This document shows, piece after piece, positions 25,496-32,000 of a stretch of DNA of 32,000 nt (positions are counted from its first letter, which is position 1; the number at the start of each line of letters is the position of its first letter). Position numbers and translations under genes: made by a program. Source of the stretch: an uncultured delta proteobacterium. GTDB taxonomy: Bacteria > Desulfobacterota > RBG-13-43-22. Location of the stretch: contig CAVQSS010000014.1 in the NCBI GenBank assembly GCA_963716045.1, positions 29,972 through 61,971 of the forward strand, read 5' to 3'. The notes under the pieces are model-generated. The model saw only the letters and a list, made by a program, of their open reading frames with translations. It ran no database searches and was not told the origin of the DNA.

Positions 25496-25783
25496 TTAGC
25501 GGGAAGCGGGGCGATTTATATTCCGGGAGCAGGCCCTAAGGGGAAATTCAATCCTAATAACCTGTCTGGGATACCAGGAGTAGCAGCGGTGTCCCAGGTA
25601 GATCACCTCTCCGGCTAATATCTTCCAATAAAGCGGCGGGTCGAAGCCCACCGTTCCGCAGATGGTGGGGACCAGGCGGATGCCGAAGATATCCCCGGAC
25701 ACAATCCAGACCCGGGGACAAACAAAAATGATCAGGAGATAAAAGATACCGACCCGGACGAGGATTTTCCCAAAGATGTTCAT
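25496..25783 (-). CDS. Small (95 aa) hypothetical protein with an N-terminal TM helix
   Basis: The ATG at 25783 overlaps the TGA of the upstream ORF (ATGA), suggesting translational coupling. ILVRVGIFYLLIIFVCPRVWIV is a TM segment. I recognise no family. Confidence 0.45.
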   Translation of the reverse strand: MNIFGKILVRVGIFYLLIIFVCPRVWIVSGDIFGIRLVPTICGTVGFDPPLYWKILAGEVIYLGHRCYSWYPRQVIRIEFPLRACSRNINRPASR

Positions 25784-26046
25784 CGGGGCTTTTTACTCCG
25801 GGCACTCTCCGGCCGAGTAAACCCCCAAAAACCGACTTCCGTCTTTTTCGAACCTATCCCCGGTTGAGCGACATCCAGGATTCCCTGAATCACCTCCCGC
25901 GCCTCAGACTCCAATTTCCCGGCCGCTTCCCGCAGGACCTCCAGATCGTTCAGACGTTTGGCCACCAGATGGAGCCTGGAAACATTGGCCTGGATGATGT
26001 TTTTCAACGGAAGCCACAAAGACTGGCCGCCCCAGGGGACTTCCAC
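25780..26046 (-). CDS. 3' part of the orphan gene downstream of the vWA gene (different frame from its 5' part)
   Basis: This frame is open upstream to at least 26139 and reads sensibly from about 26090 (GPGSLYRRLLKAYRCFLAVEVPWGGQSLWLPLKNIIQANVSRLHLVAKRLNDLEVLREAAGKLESEAREVIQGILDVAQ...). Confidence 0.5.
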   Translation of the reverse strand: MEVPWGGQSLWLPLKNIIQANVSRLHLVAKRLNDLEVLREAAGKLESEAREVIQGILDVAQPGIGSKKTEVGFWGFTRPESARSKKPR

Positions 26047-26953
26047 GGCGAGGAAACAGCGATAGGCCTTCAGGAGGCGCCGGTACAGGGATCCGGGCCC
26101 GCTGCGGCAACTCGTTGAGTCGGTCCCCTTCCAGTTGAATCAGCAGTTCCAGGAACGCATTGATGGGAGGTTGCGGATAAACGTCTCCAAAAAAACGCAG
26201 CAGCTCCTCGTTCACGGCGTTGCGCAGGTCACACAACTTCCCGTCCAGGCATAAATAGAGCAGTTCGATGGCGTTTTGAAATTGAACCAATCCGATCTGC
26301 CCGGCTGTCTGGACCGCCAACCGTTGATCGTCATGCCAGGCGGCCTGAAAAACCCGCCGGCCCAGCTCAAAAAGCAAATCATCCATTTCCCGGATCGTCG
26401 GGGTACCCGGGGTCCCGCCCCTTTTGCCTACCTGTTCCCGAAACTGGGAAAGGCGTAGAAAATAGCCTTCGTGCCCCTGATGCATCAACTTGACAAACCG
26501 GATATCCGGGGCCGGATACCCGGAGCTTTGATAGACATCGTCCACGACCAGGCTGTATTCTGAAAAAAAGTCTTTCCGGACCCGATATAGATAATAAACG
26601 GGCAGGCCGCTGGAACGCTGGCGCACATCCAGATAGAGAAAGGGGTCCAGGTCATAGAGAACCCTTCTCAGCGTTTCCCGGTTCACCAGGCATACCTTTT
26701 CTTTTTCGAACGGGGTCTCGAGGACGATGTCTTGCGCCAGGGTCTCGGTCAGCCGCCGAAGATCCCGGATGGTCCAGAGGGATTGTTCCATCTTCACTCT
26801 CAACCGGTCGTAGTTTCGGAGGTGGTCGATAAAAGGCTCCAGTGCCCGGTACAGATCCTGATCCGTAACGTACGTCACCCGGGGAGCGACGTACGGATAG
26901 GTATCGGCGTAAAAACCGTGATAGGGAGAACCGTATTGGTAGTGGTAAGCCAT
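25904..26953 (-). CDS. Orphan protein with a Tyr-rich N-terminus (5' part; about 390 aa if joined to 25780..26046)
   Basis: The ATG at 26953 (MAYHYQYGSPYHGFYADTYPYVAPRVTYV...) lies 14 nt after the vWA stop and is preceded by AAAGGGGAAG. The sequence is sensible up to ...LIQLEGDRLNELPQ, then becomes Pro/Gly/Arg junk. I recognise no domain. Confidence 0.55.
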   Translation of the reverse strand: MAYHYQYGSPYHGFYADTYPYVAPRVTYVTDQDLYRALEPFIDHLRNYDRLRVKMEQSLWTIRDLRRLTETLAQDIVLETPFEKEKVCLVNRETLRRVLYDLDPFLYLDVRQRSSGLPVYYLYRVRKDFFSEYSLVVDDVYQSSGYPAPDIRFVKLMHQGHEGYFLRLSQFREQVGKRGGTPGTPTIREMDDLLFELGRRVFQAAWHDDQRLAVQTAGQIGLVQFQNAIELLYLCLDGKLCDLRNAVNEELLRFFGDVYPQPPINAFLELLIQLEGDRLNELPQRARIPVPAPPEGLSLFPRRGSPLGRPVFVASVEKHHPGQCFQAPSGGQTSERSGGPAGSGREIGV

Positions 26954-26969
26954 AATCTTCCCCTTTCGG

Positions 26970-29087
26970 CTATCGTTTGGCCACCAGCCGGCTTCGTTCC
27001 TTGATGCAGGAAGCCACGTACAGGCCGATCTTCTCGGCCACGGCCCCATAGTTCTCCAACTCCGGTCCGGAAACGGTGATCACCCGGTCAAGCAGATCCT
27101 CAAACCCCGTCTCCCCCGACACCCCGAGGGCCACCAGGGTCGTATGGAGCTTGTGGGATTTGGATTCATAAAGGCCGCGAAACAATTCCTGGACTTCCTG
27201 CCTGCCGTCGCGATCAGTCCGGAAACTCCGATTCCAGGCAGTATCGGATAAGACAATGAGATAGATCATGTCCCCCCGGGCCAGGCGCCCGGCCTCCTCC
27301 AGAATAAAGGCCAGGGAGAGGGCATCCGACTGCACTCCCGTCCCGCTGGCGGGCAGGGACACCAGGGCGCGGACCGCGTCCAGCCGGCTGGCCGCCGGCG
27401 TCTTTTCCGGGTGATAGAGCCACTGGACCAGGGGACCACTGAGGCCCTTCCGGATTTGCCCGCTGTGATACAGTGCCGCCAGGAATTGGATCTGAGTCCG
27501 GGAGGTGGAATTAGCCTCGGCCGCACACAATATCTTGACCATTTTCATTTGATTTTGATTCAGTGACCCGGAGCCGTCACAGGCGACGACCAGTACCGGC
27601 CGGCCCCGGGGATCGGCCCGTTCTTCGAGGCGATAGCGGCGGTAAATGGTCGAGGAGAAGCCCGCCAGGGCCAGCCGGGCCGGATCGATGGACCCACTGG
27701 TTCGGAGCCGCTGGGTTTCCGGTATCTGATCCACGCTGGGATATAAATTTCTCCTTAAGGCTTCGGTGATGGGTTGGGCGGCCCTCAAGAGATCTTCACA
27801 GGCAGCGGGATTGTGAGCCGGTTCTACGGGTCGGTCATAGATTTCCCCGGCGGCGGGCTGCCCTCCCAAAGAAATCGTTACTTCGTGGCCATCCGCCGGA
27901 TGGCCTTCAATGAGGCCTCCCTGAAAGGGAGACGCCGCCAAAGACTTCTCCACCAGATCCGAACGCATGTCCTCCCACTGGCGGTCCTGTCCGCCGGCCT
28001 GGGCCAGGGCCTCCGAAAAACGGTTCAGGGTCTTTTTGAAATCCTCCATCAGCGGATCGGCCTCGGGCTGGGCTTTCCCACCGGCTTCGAGCGGTTCCAG
28101 GGCCTTGAAAGCGGCGTTGATGAAGGCATCCTTGGCCGTGGCCGTTTCGAACAGAGCCGGCGCCTGAAGTCCTTCCAGCGGCGCGAAATCCCCGCTCTCG
28201 ATAAACCCCATGAGATTTCTATGGAAGCGGTACCCCGTTGGGTTGAATTTTTTTCCGGTATCAGCGGAGGACCCGCCGATGCTATCAGGGTCCGCTGTCG
28301 CCGGCGACGGCAAGTAGACGGCCAGCCCTCGGCAGACGACCCGCACCCAAGAGCTACCCAAGGAAAGCATCTGCGGCCCTCGGGAATGGCCGATCTTAAC
28401 CAGGAATGGAGCGGAGAGATCGTACAATTCCTGCAGCAAGATTCGGGTAAAGGGATGGAGCTCCAAATCCCGCCAGTCGGGAAGAAGGTCCCCGAAAAGG
28501 ATGACCGCCCTCAGGATCTCCGGGAGATAGCGGAATTGCAGGCTCTGCTGGGAGGCGGAAAACAGCCGGTAGGCCTCTACTGCCTTCAGGGATTCCGTCT
28601 GCACCAGGTCTTCCAACAACAGTCGCTTATGGACCAGTTCGGCCACGGTTTTACAAAGTTTTCTATAAATATCCGGATCCACCTCGACCTCATCGAAGGC
28701 CCCCGGGTTTTCCAGGTATTCTTTGAGGTCCGCGACCAGCGACTTCTGCGGCACCCGGGCTTCGTATTCCAAAAAAGCGGTTTGCCCGATGGCGGCCACG
28801 GCGGCCGGTGTGGCCGGATAGGTGGTATAACACGGCCCCAGTTGCGGTTTGACCTTGGGTTGGAAATCGGATTCCCGCTCGCCGCAGAGTCGGGCCACCT
28901 TTTTCTGGATCTTTTGCACTTCCCGGTAAAACAGGCGCAGGGCCGGCAGCCGGTCGGGGTAGTCCAGGCTGCTTTTAAAGGCATCGCCCAGACTGGTTCC
29001 GGCCCAGTTCGATTTCAACCTTTTTTCATAAGAAGGATAGGAGTACCCTTCCCAGGTTGTTTTCTTTTGACGGCTTTCTCCGTTCAT
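26970..29087 (-). CDS. vWA-domain protein of the NorD/CbbO/CobT-like class (long N-terminal region plus a C-terminal MIDAS-containing vWA)
   Basis: The ATG at 29087 (MNGESRQ...) follows GGGAGG. The C-terminal third shows SGSIDPARLALAGFSSTIYRRYRLEE...RPVLVVACDGSGSL (DxSxS MIDAS), later SGTGVQSDAL and IVLSDTAWN. This matches the layout of AAA-partner vWA proteins. Confidence 0.8.
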   Translation of the reverse strand: MNGESRQKKTTWEGYSYPSYEKRLKSNWAGTSLGDAFKSSLDYPDRLPALRLFYREVQKIQKKVARLCGERESDFQPKVKPQLGPCYTTYPATPAAVAAIGQTAFLEYEARVPQKSLVADLKEYLENPGAFDEVEVDPDIYRKLCKTVAELVHKRLLLEDLVQTESLKAVEAYRLFSASQQSLQFRYLPEILRAVILFGDLLPDWRDLELHPFTRILLQELYDLSAPFLVKIGHSRGPQMLSLGSSWVRVVCRGLAVYLPSPATADPDSIGGSSADTGKKFNPTGYRFHRNLMGFIESGDFAPLEGLQAPALFETATAKDAFINAAFKALEPLEAGGKAQPEADPLMEDFKKTLNRFSEALAQAGGQDRQWEDMRSDLVEKSLAASPFQGGLIEGHPADGHEVTISLGGQPAAGEIYDRPVEPAHNPAACEDLLRAAQPITEALRRNLYPSVDQIPETQRLRTSGSIDPARLALAGFSSTIYRRYRLEERADPRGRPVLVVACDGSGSLNQNQMKMVKILCAAEANSTSRTQIQFLAALYHSGQIRKGLSGPLVQWLYHPEKTPAASRLDAVRALVSLPASGTGVQSDALSLAFILEEAGRLARGDMIYLIVLSDTAWNRSFRTDRDGRQEVQELFRGLYESKSHKLHTTLVALGVSGETGFEDLLDRVITVSGPELENYGAVAEKIGLYVASCIKERSRLVAKR

Positions 29088-29134
29088 GTCCAGGCCTCCC
29101 ACCGGCCCGCTCCAACGAGACCGAAACGGGTCGG

Positions 29135-30139
29135 TTAAAAAAGTTCGGCAGTCAGGGCGTCTTCTTCCTCCACGTCGGCGTGAAGACCGAAAACCTCGTT
29201 GAACACGGCGGCCACGTGTTTGCGGTCTTCGTGCCCGGCATTGCCCAGGAGCGTGGTCAGGGCGATCTGCTGGAGACTCAGGTCGGGCAGGGCCCGGACC
29301 AGGCGCAGGAAGCTGAGGTATCCGTAAATCGTCGGCGGGGCCAGCGATTGCAGGTTTCCTTCCGAGCGGTGTCTGCGGATCACGTTCCCGAGTTGGACCA
29401 CCTTCACCAGCAGATCAAAATCGATCGTTTCCTGCCGGAGTATATGCTGCAGTATCTGGACCTCCTGTTCCGCCGGGAGGTAGTCCAGGGTGAGCGGGAC
29501 CGAAAACCGCCTTTTTAGGGCGTCATCCAGCGTCACCAAGGTGTGGGTGGAATCCTGCTCCGCCTGATAGTTGCTGTCCGCGATCCAGCTTATCTGCGCG
29601 CCGTCCAGGCGGGACCCGTCAGGAAGGACGATATCCCCCTTGACGATCAGGTTGAGCAATCCCCCCTGGACGCTGGAAGAATGGACCCGGCCGATCTCGC
29701 ACAGCCAGATCAACGGATAAGCCCGATCCCGGTGGGCGAACGCATCCTCCAGAAATTCCACCAGCCGGCTTTTCTCGTCATAGGTGGTTCCGTCCTTCAA
29801 GGCCCGGCGCTGATACAATTCCCCCGGCGCCTCGTAAGTTGCCATCTCCACCCGATAGAGCTTCAGGGGCCGCACCGGGTACCCCAGACCCGAGCAAAGG
29901 GCGTTGAAGTTCTCGGGGACCAGATAGAGGGTCTCCAATAAGGAGGACTTGGCTGTTCCCGAAGGCCCGGAGAGATGAACAAATTCGTGATTCACGATGG
30001 AATAGGTCAATACCAGTAAGATCCATTTAGGAATAAACAGAGGATTATAACCCGGAGCGGGCAGCAACTCGACGAGATCCGAGGCCCCGGCCTTTCGGTA
30101 TTCATTGGTCTTCCAGATTCGATACACGTTGCCGGCCAT
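29135..30139 (-). CDS. MoxR/AAA_5-like AAA+ ATPase
   Basis: AAAGGAGAA lies 6 nt before the ATG. Walker A is HLSGPSGTAKSSLLE. The Walker B region LIWLCEIGRVHSSSVQGGLLNLI parallels MoxR hhhhDEINRA...QSALLE but has Cys in place of Asp. DDALKRRF corresponds to the ..A...RF sensor/Arg-finger block. Confidence 0.8.
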   Translation of the reverse strand: MAGNVYRIWKTNEYRKAGASDLVELLPAPGYNPLFIPKWILLVLTYSIVNHEFVHLSGPSGTAKSSLLETLYLVPENFNALCSGLGYPVRPLKLYRVEMATYEAPGELYQRRALKDGTTYDEKSRLVEFLEDAFAHRDRAYPLIWLCEIGRVHSSSVQGGLLNLIVKGDIVLPDGSRLDGAQISWIADSNYQAEQDSTHTLVTLDDALKRRFSVPLTLDYLPAEQEVQILQHILRQETIDFDLLVKVVQLGNVIRRHRSEGNLQSLAPPTIYGYLSFLRLVRALPDLSLQQIALTTLLGNAGHEDRKHVAAVFNEVFGLHADVEEEDALTAELF

Positions 30140-30218
30140 GATGTTCTCCTTTCCATTGGGGTTGTTGTCCTACCAAAAACAATTTGATCTCACCCCGGTC
30201 CCGCGAGTGGAGACCGGC

Positions 30219-32000
30219 TCAGATCGGAAGTATTATCAATGCCCCCTGAGGAGACACCGATACCGTCAACTGCGTACACCCGGCAACGTCCCCCCTTTTC
30301 CTGAATTCCATTACGGACTGAGAAGCGAGTTTCCGGCCGTGTTCCAACAGGGTCCGGGCGCCCAGAGTCAGGACATTGGTCTGCATTGAATCCAAAACCT
30401 TTTGGCCCACGTCATTTTCATAGCTTATCGATTCGATAGACAAGCCGAGGCGCGCTATGGCCAGGGGGATGGCCTGCCGGATAGCGCCTTCGACAATTAC
30501 GCCCAGTGTCCGCCCCTCCAGTGGGTCGAAGAGGATGGGTGTCCCCACCCGGCTGAGAAAGGCGCTTGAAGTCATGAGCTTAACTTCCTTGATAACCTCC
30601 CGGGTCAATTCCCGGTTGCTCGGCCGGTTGTCGTACCCGATTCGCTTCCGGACCCGTTCGTCGGCGCCACCGGGAAGATTCATGGAAAAAACGAAAAGGA
30701 TGTTGGCACAAGAAAAAAGTCCTCCCTGGGCACTCTGGGCCTCGCCCTTGTCCAGGACCAAGAGAAATAGGTCCGCCAGGGCTGCCCGCAGACCGGGAAC
30801 CGCATGATCCAGGTCGGCTACCTCGCAGACCACACCGGTATGGTGTTTGGCCATCTGCTCCAGTCGGCCCGGCTGGTAGGATTGCACAATCCCCCGACCG
30901 GAGCCTAAAAGCTGGCTTCGTGCCGTGTGGGGGTCGGACAGGCTGGCGGCATCGATCACCTGGTAGGGGACCCCAATAAAATTCGCCAAGAGCCGGACGC
31001 TTTCCGATTTGGCCGTCCCCGGGGTTCCTTGAAGGGCACAGCGCAGCGGTTGATGGTCCGGCCGGGTGAGGCATTCACTCGCGAGCCGGGAAATTTCCTC
31101 TTCCAGTGCCCGATCCTGGCCGAATATCCTCGATTTTAAAAACAGCAGAAGTGCCGGATCGGTCAGGGTTTCGGTGAAGCGACGCTGAACCTGGGACGAA
31201 CGTTTACACCGGAGGGAAGGGCTCAAGCCTCCCAAGGTCTCCGATTGGGCTACGATCCTGGAACCAAATTGCCCGGAGCACGTCTTTATTCCTGCCAGCC
31301 GCAACCGTACGCAGCGAGAGGCGATGAAGGGTAAAAGCCGTTCCTGTTCTTCCGGTGGCAGGCTTTGGAGTTCGTCTTGAGTCTGTGCCACCAGTTCCTG
31401 TTCCACTTTCTGGGAAAGACCCCCTTCCGCCCGCCCGGCCGCATAGACGCAAAATCGGACCAGTGTTTCCCCGGCAACCTTGGGAACCTGCCGGACAACC
31501 GGCGCCAGGGGATCGTTTTTCGCCCCCTGGCCACCGTGGAAGACGGTCTGGAGTTCTTCCAGGCTGCCGGTAAAAACCGCCGGCCGGCGTTCATGAGACA
31601 GGGATTGTAAAAAGGCTGTCATCTCATGGCCCAGTTCATAGGGACTGGAGGACAGACTCAAACGAATGGCCGGGATGACCACCGTTCCGGGAGCCTTCCC
31701 GGACAACTCCAGGAGCCCCTTGCTCCCGATGGACGGCAGCAGCAGTCGTCCAAGAGATTGGCCGAACCCCTGAAGGATTCGGGCCAGGACTCCCAGGGCA
31801 AATTCGACAGCCACCTTCGAGGGTGCGGCGAGTGCCACACTGGCTGAACCCCAAAGGAAGTCAACGGTTTCCCCGGCCCAGGACACGATCTCCTGCGCCA
31901 AGGGAATAAAACGCTCCGGACAGGGAGGGATCGGTTCCAGGCTTTCCTTGAACTCCCCGTACCGTTCCTGGAGGGCGGCGTCGTCTTCCAGTTCCGGCAT
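30219..32000 (-). CDS. ClpA/ClpB D2-like (AAA_2) AAA+ ATPase with a long unassigned N-terminal region
   Basis: The C-terminal half is collinear with the Clp D2 module. IFGQDRALEEEISRL corresponds to (v)iGQd.A; LQGTPGTAKSESVRLLANFIG to the P-loop; IDAASLSDPHTARSQLLGSGRGIVQSYQPGRLEQ to DMSEy.e.h.vs.LiGaPPGYvGy.eGG.Lt; VVCEVADLDHAVPG...LLVLDKGE to vvLlDEiEKAh..v.n.LLQvlDdG; and ANILFVFSMNLPG to n.iiimTSN.G. The ATG is exactly the last 3 nt of the window, so the true start could lie outside it. Confidence 0.7.
   Translation of the reverse strand: MPELEDDAALQERYGEFKESLEPIPPCPERFIPLAQEIVSWAGETVDFLWGSASVALAAPSKVAVEFALGVLARILQGFGQSLGRLLLPSIGSKGLLELSGKAPGTVVIPAIRLSLSSSPYELGHEMTAFLQSLSHERRPAVFTGSLEELQTVFHGGQGAKNDPLAPVVRQVPKVAGETLVRFCVYAAGRAEGGLSQKVEQELVAQTQDELQSLPPEEQERLLPFIASRCVRLRLAGIKTCSGQFGSRIVAQSETLGGLSPSLRCKRSSQVQRRFTETLTDPALLLFLKSRIFGQDRALEEEISRLASECLTRPDHQPLRCALQGTPGTAKSESVRLLANFIGVPYQVIDAASLSDPHTARSQLLGSGRGIVQSYQPGRLEQMAKHHTGVVCEVADLDHAVPGLRAALADLFLLVLDKGEAQSAQGGLFSCANILFVFSMNLPGGADERVRKRIGYDNRPSNRELTREVIKEVKLMTSSAFLSRVGTPILFDPLEGRTLGVIVEGAIRQAIPLAIARLGLSIESISYENDVGQKVLDSMQTNVLTLGARTLLEHGRKLASQSVMEFRKRGDVAGCTQLTVSVSPQGALIILPI

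Noticed and set aside
27774-29138. 454-aa + strand ORF
   Set aside because: It lies antisense to the vWA gene, which has a MIDAS motif, an SD and operon context. The + ORF has R/G/P-rich composition and no motifs.
26970-30139. Calling the AAA+/vWA pair CbbQ/CbbO (Rubisco activase) or NorQ/NorD
   Set aside because: The architecture is similar, but no Rubisco, nitric-oxide reductase or chelatase genes are in the window. The Walker B region is atypical and the neighbours are TIR/NLR/TA genes. I keep the generic class name. A metabolic client outside the window cannot be excluded.
31998-32000. ATG at the very last three bases taken as the definite start of the Clp-like ATPase
   Set aside because: The frame is open to the window edge, so the real start may lie beyond 32000. 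It is reported as a possible 5'-partial gene.

Overview
This 32-kb bacterial window has moderately high GC and no rRNA, tRNA or CRISPR that I could recognise. It is probably from an uncultivated organism, because the intergenic regions are full of small palindromic repeat elements. It splits into two parts.

Left part (1-13.7 kb), mostly ordinary chromosomal genes:
- a CapA-family gene cut by the window edge
- an MBL-fold hydrolase
- an Isf-like flavoprotein
- a YjbQ-family gene
- a DUF3108 protein
- a SERCA/PMCA-like P-type ATPase overlapping a tandem-Usp gene
- HU
- a glycine-zipper lipoprotein

This part is interrupted by a roughly 3.9-kb segment. The segment carries a 1136-aa secreted IPT/TIG plus HExxH protein and is bracketed by an intact yjbQ and a roughly 186-bp yjbQ 3' relic.

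Right part (13.8-32 kb), which reads as a conflict/defence island. In order it holds:
- hipBA
- an ATPase relic
- a frameshifted NDT/TIR-like fusion gene
- a membrane protein plus GH17 pair
- vapBC
- a DUF4062 relic
- a stand-alone TIR protein
- a Zn-ribbon-TIR-NACHT-WD40 NLR-like gene
- a tightly packed cassette on the same strand, directly upstream of the NLR-like gene

The WD40 part of the NLR-like gene is 15 near-identical 120-bp units broken by six small indels.

The cassette encodes a ClpB-D2-like AAA+ protein, a MoxR-like AAA+ protein, a NorD/CbbO-like vWA protein, an orphan Tyr-rich protein of about 390 aa (frameshifted), and a 95-aa membrane protein. I regard this cassette, alone or together with the NLR, as the best candidate for an undescribed system.

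All functional calls come from reading motifs in the supplied translations and in my own hand translations. No database search was run.
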